Source: Candidatus Multivoradales bacterium
Lineage (GTDB): Bacteria > Acidobacteriota > Thermoanaerobaculia > Multivoradales > Multivoraceae
Direction of reading: 5' to 3'
Length of the DNA: 64,000 nucleotides
NCBI GenBank assembly: GCA_965223325.1
Contig: CBDCWI010000002.1
Span: forward strand, 1,472,001 to 1,536,000
In this document: one piece after another, positions 19,979 to 29,984 of the stretch
Layout: every line of letters starts with the position of its first letter
Numbering within the stretch: the first letter of the stretch is position 1
Translations under genes and position numbers: made by a program
The notes under the pieces: generated by a model
The model's input: only the letters and a program-made list of their open reading frames with translations
What the model was told of the DNA's origin: nothing
The model's database searches: none

Positions 19979-22900
19979 CACTGCTGCCGATAACCAAAGC
20001 TGAAGGTCGTTTCCTGAAAGTCGTCACGCGCAAAGTCGCGCTCGGCCATCAGGTACAGGTTCCGCGTACCACGAAACATGATCTGCAGGCCCAACCCGCC
20101 GCGCATGTAGTCGCGATCTGGCCGCTCGGTGCGCAATCGGAACTGGTCTCCGGAGACATCGAACGAGAAGCCACCGTTGAGTCGACGGGCGTCGTCTTCG
20201 ATCTCGTGGAGCACAGAGAACCTGGCGACCGGATGGAGAACGCCCCACGAGACACTGACCGGCAGGCCGAACTCGAAGCCCGCCTCGAGCAGACCCGAAT
20301 CGATGGTCTGCGCGTCGAGGTCGAGTCCGAAGGCGCCGGCACCAGTCTCGCGGTAGGCGTCGATCTCGGCGCGCGTCCACAGGCCCCGAACGGAGCCGGA
20401 GACGTCGAGGCGGCCGAGAGTGAAATCGTAGCCACTGGCCAGGTTCACCAGGGACTGGGTCGAATCGTTCTCGCTCCTGGCGACGAGAACGCTGGTGCCC
20501 TGGAAAGCCACTGGCAGATGGATCTCGCGCACCACATCGAAGTCGAGCCAGCCGTAGCTCAAGGCTCCGTCGACCCAGAATGGTCCACGCTGGTGGCCGC
20601 CGTAGAGGGACAGCGAGTAGCCGGACGTATCGAGACCGCCATCACGCCCCTGGACATCGGTAGTGGCGTCCACCAGGCCGGCGGCAAGACCAACCCAGGA
20701 TCGACTTCCGATTCGGTAGTCGACACCAGCCGTAACGCCACGGGTCTCTACGTCGTAGCCAGGTTCGAGCGCCGTGTTTTTGTGTTCGCCGATCGTCACC
20801 CGACCGTTGACGAAGAATCCGACCGGCCGATCGAGCTTCTCCTCGAGCACGATCGATTCTTTCCGGGGCGTCTCGTCAAACCCGTCGTCCGAGCTTCCTG
20901 CCGGTACCGCCTGCTGGCGCATCTTGGCCAGCTGGTCATCGACACGACCGTTGAGAATCTGCTTGACGTCCTTGCCAGTGCCGATCGAACTCAACTGGCC
21001 CACTGTCACCGCTTGACCTCTGACATCGAAGGCCAGACTGCCGAAGGCAGCGCCCTTGGCGCCACTGCGCAGGCGGGCCAACCGACCCGCGACGTTGCGC
21101 ATCTGGGTCTGCTGCGAGCGCATGGCAACGTCGCCACGCATTGCGATGTCACGCGGAATGAGGGCGCCAACAGCCTGGCGCTGATCGCCGGGTTCGAGGC
21201 CGTAGATGTAGTCGCACATCGCTGCCATTTCGCCACGCGGGTCGACGCAGGCGTTGTCGAGCACATCGGCCAGCGAGTCCTCGTTGGGGTTGGCGTCCTC
21301 GTCGAAGAGATCGGCCAGTGCACCCTGAACTGTGACCTCGAAGATCACTCGAGCGTTCTCGTCGTCGGCGCTCGCACCTTCGAGGCGTGCGGTAACCGAG
21401 AGCGTGCCGGGGCGTTCGTCGAGCTGGAAACGCTTGCGCGCCATTCCGTCGGCGTCGCTCAGCGTCTTCGCCTTCTCGACACCCAGCCGCTGGGCGCTCC
21501 ACATGACCGCTGCACCTTCCACCGGGCGGTTGCCGTCATCGAGGGCGCGCACGACTGGCACCAGGGACTCGCCACTCTTACCGACGAGCGCCGTCTCTTC
21601 GGCTACCAGGCGCAGAGCACGGTCGTCGTCGAGAATGGTGACCTGCTTCGAGCTCTGCATGACACCAGCGACCGCCGGGTCGAGGGATTCGAGGATCACC
21701 CGCAGGGTCTCGGCTCCTTCGACCCGCTGGTCTTCGAGTACCTCGATGCGCACCGTGCGTTCTTTGGTCTGGCCGGCACTCCACTCGAGAGTCTCGGTAC
21801 GCTCGGTGAAGTCCAGGCCAGCGGTCGCCGTTTGCCCCACTACGCGCACGCGCGCGCGGACGCGCGCTGTGGCCGCCTGATCAAGCGCCACTCGTACCGC
21901 AATGCGGCGACTCGACTCACGCACGCTCTCGGGTACCGCAAGCGAGAGCATCGGCTGTCCGGTCGGCTGGTCGTCGTTTCTGATCACCACGGCCGCGCGC
22001 GATCTCTCGAGCGTCGCGCCCTGGGCGTTGGAGAACTCGACGTAGAAGGTCTCGTCGGCCTCGACGACCTCATCGCCCTCGACCGAAACGCCGAATGTCA
22101 CCCGCGTCACACCTTCGGGGAACGTCAGGGTTTCGCGGCGTTCGTTGTAGTCGCCATCGGCAAGCGTGGCGGTGCCGTCTGCGGTCGCATAGTCGACCGA
22201 GACTTCGCCAACCGCGGGCGCACCGATGAGCTCGGCCGTCAACACCGCGTTCTGGCCGCCAGAGTCACCTTCCACCACACTCACGTCGAGAACCCGCAAC
22301 GTCGTCACTCCAGGATCACTTGGGTCGCCAGGATCGCCGGGGTCACCCGGGTCGCCGGGGTCGGTTGGGTCGGTTGGAGTGTTCGGTTCGGGCGCCGGCT
22401 CATCGTCGTCGACAATCGCGACGGTGACCGAGCTGACATCGAGATCGGCGTTGGTCGGTGGCACCAGGAGAACCCGGAAGTCTTCATCGGGCTCTTCCAG
22501 GTCATCGCCGAGGATGGTGACCTCCAGGTAGGCCGGATCGGCGGTCGAGAGCGTGATCTCATCGGTAGCGTCCAGGTAGTCAACGCCCGCCTCGGCCGTC
22601 CCGCTCGCCGTCGACCATTGAACGGTGACCGGTGCATCCGGTGCTTTGCTCAACGAGATAGGAACACGCACGACGGAGTCGCCGTCGCCCTCGGTCACAC
22701 TCACGTCTTCGATCAGGACCTTCGGAGGAATCGCCGGATCGTCGTCGTCGATGAGCCGCAGCAGAATGTCGGTCGGAGTTCCGGGATCGGCGCCCTGGAA
22801 CGGCCCCAGTCGAACGCGGACCGTTTCGTCGCCCTCGGCTTCGGTGTCACCGAGAATCGAGACCGGAATCGCGTGCTCGATCTCTCCCGGCATGAAGGCC

Positions 22901-25281
22901 AGCTCGGTACTGAGCACCTCGACGAAATCCACTCCGGCGCTCGCCGAACCCGCACGAACCTCGTAGCGGACCGTGATCGGATCGCCGGGTGGCGCCGCGT
23001 CGCTCAAAACCACCTTGTAGAGCAGCTGGTGCTCACCGTCCTGCTCTGGAGCGACGCTCGGCCCGACGAGCTTGACGCTCGGGGTCGGCGGCGGCACATC
23101 CGTATCGACGATCACACCCAGACCGGTGGCGTTGCCAATCGTGATTCCTACTGGATCGATCAGATCGAAGTACACCGTTTCGTCCTCTTCGACCAGCAGG
23201 TCGCCGGTGACCGCTACGTCGATCCAGAATTCCGTCTCGGTGGGTGAGAAGGTCACTCTGCCCTCGGTGTCGCCGTAGTCGGCCTCCGGTCCAGCCCCGT
23301 GTGGCGTCGCCGTACCAGCCCTGGTCTGGTAGCCAACGGACGGCGAAGCACTCAGGTCGCCATCCGCGACGATACGGAAGCGCTTGATGTCGATGCCCGA
23401 GTCGCCCTCTGTCCACTCGGCACCTTCCACCGACACGACCGGCGGCGCGCTCGCATCGTCGTTGTCGTAGATCGTGCCCACGACCGAGCCGCCGTCGGCG
23501 TAGCCAGGCCCCGGAACGATCTCGAAAAGGAACGTCTCGTGGTCTTCGTCGTCGTTGTCGCCGTTGATCGTGATCGCGACGGAGGCCGTCTGCTGATCCA
23601 TCGAGATCGTGTCCACAGTCGGTGCGAAGTCTTCGTTGTTCGTGCTGATGTGGTCGGTTCGGTACTTGACCGGCACCGCAGTGCTCGGTGGCGTCGGCAA
23701 CGAGAGCTCGAAGATCACCGTGCTCGAGCCGCCTTCGTTGGCCTCGAGCGTTCCCGCCCCGCTCTGCACCTGGACGTAGGGCTGATCATCATTGATGATC
23801 GAGACCTGGCCAACCGTCTGGGTCCCCAGCTGGGCATCTCCCGACACGTCGACCATCTCGACGAAGAAGATCTCGTCGGGCTCCCAGTCATCGTCGCCGT
23901 ACACCACAACCGGAAGGATCCCGATTCCACCGGGGCTCGTCAGCTGCTGCGTGAACGTCGGCGCAGATTCCACGATGTCGGCGCTATCGGCCGCTCCCAT
24001 ACCGGCGGTAAAGAGGGTGCGATAGGTGATCGTGATCGTGCCGGTAGCCGGCGGGCTGAACTGGACGGGGACGTCGATCACCGTGTTCTGCCCAGACGGT
24101 CCCTCCTGAAGCATCGTATTGCCGATCTCGGCCGTCGGCGTCTGGGTGGGAGGCGCAGGCGCATCGAAGATCCTGATGGGTGCCCGGTCAACAGCAACTG
24201 GTGTGGCTGCCGATTGAATCAGCAAGTCGAACCCCTCGGTGCTCTCGACCGCGCCATCCTCGAGCAGGTCGAGGAGAATGAAGGTCTGCTGTTGGTTGGG
24301 GGCAAAGGAATAGTTCCACTGCAGCACCGTGTAGTCGACATTCTGTATCGCCGGCGGATCACCGTTGTCTTCAATGACGGAGATGTTGAAGAACACCTCG
24401 TAGGGGACAGGGTCGTTCAGCGTCACCGGTACCATCAAGACATCGCCTTCGACTCCCTCTGCGGGGTGAAGGGTGATCTCGGTCGTCGCCGGCAGGTCGT
24501 TGTCATCAATCAAGACGTTGACGTTGGGTTGTTGGACCGCCACGTCTGGCTCTGACGTCCAGAAAGAGACCCTGAAGACCTCGCTTGGTTCGTAGATCGA
24601 ATCGTCGACGACGGGAATCGTCACCATCGCTGAGCTGTCGCCTACCTGAACTGCTACCGGAAAGTTGTTACTGCCGTCGAAGTCCTCCGGCTCGCTGGCA
24701 CTGTCTTCGGTTGTCGCCCAGTGCAGGTCGAAGGCTAGAGGAGAGAACTGCGGCTCGAAGCCCAGGGTGATGGTCGCCTGTCCACTCGCTTCCGACGCAT
24801 CCACCGATTGCAGGTGAACTTCGACCGATGTTCCCGGGAAGTCATCGTTCTCGATGGTGTGATAGCCGTCCGGATTGGTGGTGAATCCGCCGCTGATCAC
24901 TTCGATGTGGAGTCCGACCTTCTCGTCAGGTTCGGGAATGTTGTCGCCCAGGATGGTGATCGTGAACGGCCGCTTGGTCTCGCCGGGCTCGAACTGCACC
25001 TGCCCTGAAGAAAACTCGTAGTCCTCACCCTCAACCGCCTCGCCAGGGATGTCGTAGGTGTTCCACTGCACGACGATCGGTTCCTGCTGCGTCTCGGCAC
25101 CACTCCAGTCGGCATGGAGATCCGAGGTCGACGTATTGAGGGTGTCGAGCTCCGGGTAGCTGGCGACGAGGGGCAGGCTCACCTTCTGGGCACCAGCCGG
25201 TACCGCGAAGAGGAGGACCATGAGCGCTACAACCAGGCGCGGACTCCTCACGAGCGAGAGCGAAACAAGAGAGCAAGACAT
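19975..25281 (-). CDS. Calx-beta repeat autotransporter adhesin
   Basis: Signal peptide; about 10 Calx-beta repeats (TA..G.DY/F...I.DD...E..E.F...I.DDD); Ig-like domain; C-terminal autotransporter barrel ending FGYRQQW. Confidence 0.9.
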   Translation of the reverse strand: MSCSLVSLSLVRSPRLVVALMVLLFAVPAGAQKVSLPLVASYPELDTLNTSTSDLHADWSGAETQQEPIVVQWNTYDIPGEAVEGEDYEFSSGQVQFEPGETKRPFTITILGDNIPEPDEKVGLHIEVISGGFTTNPDGYHTIENDDFPGTSVEVHLQSVDASEASGQATITLGFEPQFSPLAFDLHWATTEDSASEPEDFDGSNNFPVAVQVGDSSAMVTIPVVDDSIYEPSEVFRVSFWTSEPDVAVQQPNVNVLIDDNDLPATTEITLHPAEGVEGDVLMVPVTLNDPVPYEVFFNISVIEDNGDPPAIQNVDYTVLQWNYSFAPNQQQTFILLDLLEDGAVESTEGFDLLIQSAATPVAVDRAPIRIFDAPAPPTQTPTAEIGNTMLQEGPSGQNTVIDVPVQFSPPATGTITITYRTLFTAGMGAADSADIVESAPTFTQQLTSPGGIGILPVVVYGDDDWEPDEIFFVEMVDVSGDAQLGTQTVGQVSIINDDQPYVQVQSGAGTLEANEGGSSTVIFELSLPTPPSTAVPVKYRTDHISTNNEDFAPTVDTISMDQQTASVAITINGDNDDEDHETFLFEIVPGPGYADGGSVVGTIYDNDDASAPPVVSVEGAEWTEGDSGIDIKRFRIVADGDLSASPSVGYQTRAGTATPHGAGPEADYGDTEGRVTFSPTETEFWIDVAVTGDLLVEEDETVYFDLIDPVGITIGNATGLGVIVDTDVPPPTPSVKLVGPSVAPEQDGEHQLLYKVVLSDAAPPGDPITVRYEVRAGSASAGVDFVEVLSTELAFMPGEIEHAIPVSILGDTEAEGDETVRVRLGPFQGADPGTPTDILLRLIDDDDPAIPPKVLIEDVSVTEGDGDSVVRVPISLSKAPDAPVTVQWSTASGTAEAGVDYLDATDEITLSTADPAYLEVTILGDDLEEPDEDFRVLLVPPTNADLDVSSVTVAIVDDDEPAPEPNTPTDPTDPGDPGDPGDPGDPSDPGVTTLRVLDVSVVEGDSGGQNAVLTAELIGAPAVGEVSVDYATADGTATLADGDYNERRETLTFPEGVTRVTFGVSVEGDEVVEADETFYVEFSNAQGATLERSRAAVVIRNDDQPTGQPMLSLAVPESVRESSRRIAVRVALDQAATARVRARVRVVGQTATAGLDFTERTETLEWSAGQTKERTVRIEVLEDQRVEGAETLRVILESLDPAVAGVMQSSKQVTILDDDRALRLVAEETALVGKSGESLVPVVRALDDGNRPVEGAAVMWSAQRLGVEKAKTLSDADGMARKRFQLDERPGTLSVTARLEGASADDENARVIFEVTVQGALADLFDEDANPNEDSLADVLDNACVDPRGEMAAMCDYIYGLEPGDQRQAVGALIPRDIAMRGDVAMRSQQTQMRNVAGRLARLRSGAKGAAFGSLAFDVRGQAVTVGQLSSIGTGKDVKQILNGRVDDQLAKMRQQAVPAGSSDDGFDETPRKESIVLEEKLDRPVGFFVNGRVTIGEHKNTALEPGYDVETRGVTAGVDYRIGSRSWVGLAAGLVDATTDVQGRDGGLDTSGYSLSLYGGHQRGPFWVDGALSYGWLDFDVVREIHLPVAFQGTSVLVARSENDSTQSLVNLASGYDFTLGRLDVSGSVRGLWTRAEIDAYRETGAGAFGLDLDAQTIDSGLLEAGFEFGLPVSVSWGVLHPVARFSVLHEIEDDARRLNGGFSFDVSGDQFRLRTERPDRDYMRGGLGLQIMFRGTRNLYLMAERDFARDDFQETTFSFGYRQQW
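22310..22400 (-). repeat. (DPG/DPT)n proline-rich linker repeat within the adhesin
   Basis: EPAPEPNTPTDPTDPGDPGDPGDPGDPSDPG, 9-bp periodicity. Confidence 0.85.
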
Positions 25282-25592
25282 GACAAGGTCCCCACAGTCA
25301 GAATGACTGCAATTACAAGGAATCCGAGTATATTCGAATTATCCGCTTCTGGCTATCTTTCCTTCGCTTGTGGGCTCCCTGGTGGCGCCCGATGCGGGCC
25401 CGGCAGCGACGCAACCCTGTTGCCAGCGCATGGATCGAGGCCAAATCGCCCGGGGCCCCCGCCGGCGCATCGATCGCTCGTTGATTCGATCGCTTCGTTG
25501 ATACTGTGCGTCGGCTTCTTCACCGGCCCCTCTGGGCCACAAACCTGGAAGACCCTCCATCGCGAGGTCTGGAATCACCCCTGGTTCGCCGC

Positions 25593-26726
25593 ATGAGGAC
25601 TCCATCGCGTCTGTTCCAAAGCCTCGCGCCCTACCCGAAGAAGGGCCACGAGAAGGGCCAGACGAAGAGACTGCGCGACCGTGCCGGCGAGCGCCCTGGC
25701 CCGTGCAGGGAGAACGCGCGACGCCAGGTTCTCGCACTGCTGGCGGCGGCGATGGTCTGCCACGCCACCTCCGCGCAGGTCGACGCTGCCGACCGCGAAC
25801 CCCTGTCGTCCTTCCGGTCCCAGACCACCTTCGCGCTCGTCGGCGGCGCCCAGACGGTCCTCTCGTCACGCAGCGAAGAAGCGAACTGGGAGTTCGTCGC
25901 CTCGGCACAACTCTCCAACTTCTGGGGCGAGTTCGAGCGCGGCGGTGACCCCGAAGCGATGGTCGACTTCGAAGCACTCACCAGCGACCTACGTTTGATC
26001 GGCTCGCCACATCCCCACCTGCAACTTGGTCTGGCGTACTCGCAACGCGACCATCTCGGCGGCTTTCTCGACGGCTTGATCCTCGGCTTTCACCGCATCG
26101 CCGGGCTCGACCTCGACGGGCGCGAACTCGTCCAGCGCGACCAGATTCGCCTGGCCTTCAACCCCGACGACGATCGACCGCATCAGGATCGCACGGCAGA
26201 CGCGCGCGGCAACTTCGAGCGCTCCCTCACCGGCTCCGCGGTCTATGTGCTGAACCCAACAGCCGACACCCGGGTCGCCTTCTCGATCAGCCTGGCGAAC
26301 CATTGGGGCGACGGACCGTTGGTGGAGCGCGACTCGATCGATGGCACGGCCGGCTTCTTCCTCGGCACCGCCTTCGGTGACACCCGTCTAGATTTTCTGG
26401 CCGAAGTCGCCCGCACTGGTGCGACGTCGATCGGTCCGATCGCCGTGCGCCGTTGGCAACCGCGTTTGACCCTGGCGATGGCACGGCCGGGTCCAGAGGC
26501 CCTCGGTCGGGAGACGGACTGGCTCGTCACCTACCGCGGCGCTCGCGGACCTCTCGACTCCTTTGCCGCCTGGTCTGAGCCGTCTCATGAAGTCCTTCTC
26601 GGCATGCGTTTCCACGGCCCTCGCCTCGACGTCGAGGTGGGACTGATCGAGACCGTCTTGAACTTCTCGAACGCCGCCGACCTGGGCTTCCACATTGCGT
26701 GGCGCCGCAAGCTCGGCGGGCGTTGA
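25593..26726 (+). CDS. DUF3187-like outer-membrane protein
   Basis: GGFLDGLILGFHRIAG motif, beta-strand pattern, C-terminal NAADLGFHIAW; start uncertain. Confidence 0.7.
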   Translation: MRTPSRLFQSLAPYPKKGHEKGQTKRLRDRAGERPGPCRENARRQVLALLAAAMVCHATSAQVDAADREPLSSFRSQTTFALVGGAQTVLSSRSEEANWEFVASAQLSNFWGEFERGGDPEAMVDFEALTSDLRLIGSPHPHLQLGLAYSQRDHLGGFLDGLILGFHRIAGLDLDGRELVQRDQIRLAFNPDDDRPHQDRTADARGNFERSLTGSAVYVLNPTADTRVAFSISLANHWGDGPLVERDSIDGTAGFFLGTAFGDTRLDFLAEVARTGATSIGPIAVRRWQPRLTLAMARPGPEALGRETDWLVTYRGARGPLDSFAAWSEPSHEVLLGMRFHGPRLDVEVGLIETVLNFSNAADLGFHIAWRRKLGGR

Positions 26727-26795
26727 GTCACAGCGACCCCGCAGAGCCCCCGTCGGAAGGAGCGCGAGGCTCAAGGGACTGCGGCTGCCGAGTGG

Positions 26796-27020
26796 TCAGC
26801 CCGATGGGGAGATGATCTCGTCGGTGCCCAGTACCTGCGGGTCGTGAAAGGCGATCGACCTCGAGAGCACTTCATCGGCCGTCAACGATGCCTGTGCAAG
26901 AGGCGCATCCGCGGCGGTTTGGCTGGCGGCGGGCACCGCCGCTGTGGCGTTGGGGGCCTCACCGCACCCTGAGACCAAGAATGCAGAGGCGGCGAGAATC
27001 GTACTGAGAGTTGTCTTCAT
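26796..27020 (-). pseudogene. internally deleted DUF6503-like lipoprotein relic
   Basis: Lipobox (VSGC), then LSRSIAFHDPQ joined directly to VLGTDEII. These resemble the recalled N- and C-terminal motifs of ~230-aa DUF6503 proteins. Confidence 0.5.
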
Positions 27021-27097
27021 CTGCTCACGATAGACGCGGCCCTGCCTACAGCTCGAACTACGACCCGTCGACCGACCCCCGCTATATTGAACGCGAC

Positions 27098-27868
27098 ATG
27101 TCTACCCCACCTGACCCCCACCCCGCCGCCGAATCCGAGCACCAAAGAGGTGCCGCACGGTCGGTGCTGGGCTTTCTGACTTATCTCCTCCTGCTTCCGC
27201 TCGTGCTCTTCGGCACGGCAGGAACCATCCACTGGTGGCAGGGCTGGGCATGGATCGCCCTGGCGATCACTGCTGGGCTCGGCAGCCGCATTCTCGTCGG
27301 GCGCCGACATCCCGACCTGTTGCACGAGCGCGCCCGCCATCGAGAACATCAGAACGTCGCACCGGGAGACCGGTGGTTCGTGGCGGTCATCGCCCTGTTC
27401 GGCCCGTTGGCGACGCTCATCTTTGCGGCTCTCGATCAGCGCTACTTCTGGACGGCATCATTCCTGGCGAACAACTCAGCACGCGGCCTGCCCTCGACCT
27501 GGCCGGCCTGGTGGTCGGTCGCAGGGCTTTTGATCGCTGGAGGGGGCGTTGCGCTGGGCACGCGGGCAATGCTCGAGAATCGCAACTTCTCGGCCGTCGT
27601 GCGAATCCAGGACGACCGCGGCCACGAGGTTTGTGACACAGGGCCCTACCGTTTCATTCGCCATCCGGGGTACACAGGCGGCCTTCTCTCGACCGCCGCT
27701 TCTCCGTTTGCTCTCGGTAGCCTGGCCGCGTTTCTCCCGGCCGCGATCGTGCTTTTTGCCCTGGTCTGGCGCACCGCTCGGGAGGACCGCTACCTTTCGA
27801 AGAACCTGGCCGGCTATGAGGCCTTCACCAGCCGCACGCGCTCACGGCTCATCCCCGGGATCTGGTAG
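27098..27868 (+). CDS. isoprenylcysteine carboxyl methyltransferase family membrane protein
   Basis: ENRNFSAVVRIQ, GPYRFIRHPGY, EDRYL...GY and RLIPGIW. Confidence 0.9.
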   Translation: MSTPPDPHPAAESEHQRGAARSVLGFLTYLLLLPLVLFGTAGTIHWWQGWAWIALAITAGLGSRILVGRRHPDLLHERARHREHQNVAPGDRWFVAVIALFGPLATLIFAALDQRYFWTASFLANNSARGLPSTWPAWWSVAGLLIAGGGVALGTRAMLENRNFSAVVRIQDDRGHEVCDTGPYRFIRHPGYTGGLLSTAASPFALGSLAAFLPAAIVLFALVWRTAREDRYLSKNLAGYEAFTSRTRSRLIPGIW

Positions 27869-28007
27869 CAGCGGTAACCGACGAGCATCTCCACCAGCTT
27901 CGAACCCCTCTCCAGTACCATCGAAGAAGCACCGCAAACCCTCGAGAAGAATTCGCTTCGGTCGGCTGCGCCCACGTGACACCTTCGCCACCCTCAAAAG
28001 AGAGCCC

Positions 28008-29945
28008 ATGACCGCGGCACTGCGGATGATCTCACCAACCAGACCGACCGTACTCGGTACGCTTCTCGCCGCCATGATCGGAGCGCATCTCGCCGAGGCG
28101 GCGGCCGGCCAGGTAGAGCGACCGTCGGCGACACCCGAGACAAGGGAGCCGACTGTGCACTCGAGCAGCGACCTGGTGCTCGAAGAACTCGTCGAGGTTT
28201 CGCTCATCCAGTTCGACGCGGTCATCACGGACCCCGGCGGCGAAGCAATTCGCGACCTCGATCCGAAAGACTTCGCCCTGCGCGTCGACGGCAAGAAGGT
28301 TGCGGTCGACGGCGTGAGCACCGGTGAAGAGCTTCGCGAAACCGTCGCAGGTCGACAGAGCATCGTTCTCCTGATCGACAACCGTCATCTCGAGAAAAGC
28401 CAGCGCGACGAAGCACTCGGCGACATCGAAGAAGTCCTTCTCGAAGAAATGCGAACCCAACCAACCTGGGTGGCGGTGGTTTCCTACGGCGACAAGCTGA
28501 ACCCGCTGCTGGCGCCAACCCAGGATCGAGGCGCGGTACGCGAGGCCATCGCCCGCATCCGAGCGACAGAACCGCCCCCTAACCTGCTGCAGAGTCAACA
28601 GCGCGCCTCGGTCGAAGACGTCAACAACTTGCTGACACTGCTGAGTCAACGCGGCAGTCGCTACCGCATGGGACTGGCGTCGCTGTCGGGGGTCGAGTTT
28701 CGGCTCCGTGAGTACGGGCGCGCGCTCAGCAACGACACGCTCGAGACTCTGCGTGCGATTGAGGAACTGGTCGAGGGTTTGTCCTATGTGCCCGGGCGCA
28801 AGGCGGTGCTCTACGTCACCGACGGCATTCCGCGCAATCCGCTCGACAGCGTCGCCGAGACAATGTTCGATCACCTCGCCGGAGGAAGCCGTTCGCGGGT
28901 TGCCGACGACACGATCACCCAGACTTCGGGATCGGGCATCAACGATACGAACTCGCGCCCACGAGGCAGCGAGATCGCCGACAACTCGAGCGTCATCGAA
29001 GACATCAATCAGCAGGATGACGGTGGCGCGTTCGAGTTCCAGCGCGCGATCAACGAGTTCTCGCGCGACCGCGACTTCGAAGCGGTGACCGCGCGCGCCA
29101 ATACTTATGGCGTTTCGTTCTATCCTCTTCGCCCGCCGATTGCCGACGCATCGAAGAGCGGCATGTCTGACGCGCGAACCAAGCGCGGAGCGATCTCGTC
29201 ACTTTCGGATCTGTCGATCGGTCTCCAGATCCTGGCCGAGGACACCGGCGGCCTGTTCTACGACGGCGAGGCGGGGGTTCGTGACTTTCTGGTACGCGCC
29301 CGCCTGGACCTCGCCGCCTACTACTCGCTGAGCTTCAAACCTCCGAAGCCCAACAAGCGAACCAGCGGGATTCGCAGCATTCACCTGAAGATTCGCAAGC
29401 GGCGGGCCGACCTGCGCTATCAGCGCAGTTTCGTGCCGCAGAGTCTCGAACAGCGCCTGGCGAGCCGCGCCTGGGGCACCCTCCTGTTCGGCTGGCAGGA
29501 GAACCAACACGGGGCTCTCTTCGAGAGCACCGTCGCCAAGACCCCGGGACCGGACGGGGAGCTGCATGCCGTCGAGTTGACGGTCAGCCTCCCCATCGGC
29601 GAGCTCGAGCTCCTCCCGGCAGGCGACGAGGTGAGCGGCCTCTTGAAACTCGTCCTGCAGACGAGGCGCGCCAACGGCGAGCGCCTGACGCCACACCACA
29701 TGGCGTTTGCGGTAACCATTCCCGCCGACGAGATCGAAGAGGCACGCACGCAGTATTTCGCGGTACGCACCGAGTTGCAGTTGCCGGCCGGCAGCTATGA
29801 CCTGGCGGTGGGCCTGTGGGAGGAGAACACGGGGTCGTCGTCGTTCATCACGCGTAGGGTCGAAGTCGGAGACTCCGATCCCACTTTCGCGCGACGACGG
29901 TTCGGCTCGCCACAACCCAGTCGACTCCAGGTGGTCGCCAAATGA
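28008..29945 (+). CDS. VWA domain protein (acidobacterial VWFA-related type)
   Basis: V.VSLIQFDAVITD.GG.AIRDL..KDF; PGRKAVLYVTDG; LAEDTGG; YYSLSF. Confidence 0.82.
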   Translation: MTAALRMISPTRPTVLGTLLAAMIGAHLAEAAAGQVERPSATPETREPTVHSSSDLVLEELVEVSLIQFDAVITDPGGEAIRDLDPKDFALRVDGKKVAVDGVSTGEELRETVAGRQSIVLLIDNRHLEKSQRDEALGDIEEVLLEEMRTQPTWVAVVSYGDKLNPLLAPTQDRGAVREAIARIRATEPPPNLLQSQQRASVEDVNNLLTLLSQRGSRYRMGLASLSGVEFRLREYGRALSNDTLETLRAIEELVEGLSYVPGRKAVLYVTDGIPRNPLDSVAETMFDHLAGGSRSRVADDTITQTSGSGINDTNSRPRGSEIADNSSVIEDINQQDDGGAFEFQRAINEFSRDRDFEAVTARANTYGVSFYPLRPPIADASKSGMSDARTKRGAISSLSDLSIGLQILAEDTGGLFYDGEAGVRDFLVRARLDLAAYYSLSFKPPKPNKRTSGIRSIHLKIRKRRADLRYQRSFVPQSLEQRLASRAWGTLLFGWQENQHGALFESTVAKTPGPDGELHAVELTVSLPIGELELLPAGDEVSGLLKLVLQTRRANGERLTPHHMAFAVTIPADEIEEARTQYFAVRTELQLPAGSYDLAVGLWEENTGSSSFITRRVEVGDSDPTFARRRFGSPQPSRLQVVAK

Positions 29946-29984
29946 CTCCTCGCGACCTTCTCGTGGGAGGCGTCTGAGCCCGCG

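Noticed and set aside
20206-24555. Long plus-strand ORFs (1013 aa and 418 aa) opposite the adhesin
   Set aside because: Antisense shadows of a high-GC gene; R/V/G-rich translations with no motifs.
25282-25592. c-di-GMP or other riboswitch upstream of the adhesin
   Set aside because: Only a small hairpin (CAGTCA-gaa-TGACTG) and an AT-rich promoter-like patch; no recognisable aptamer consensus.
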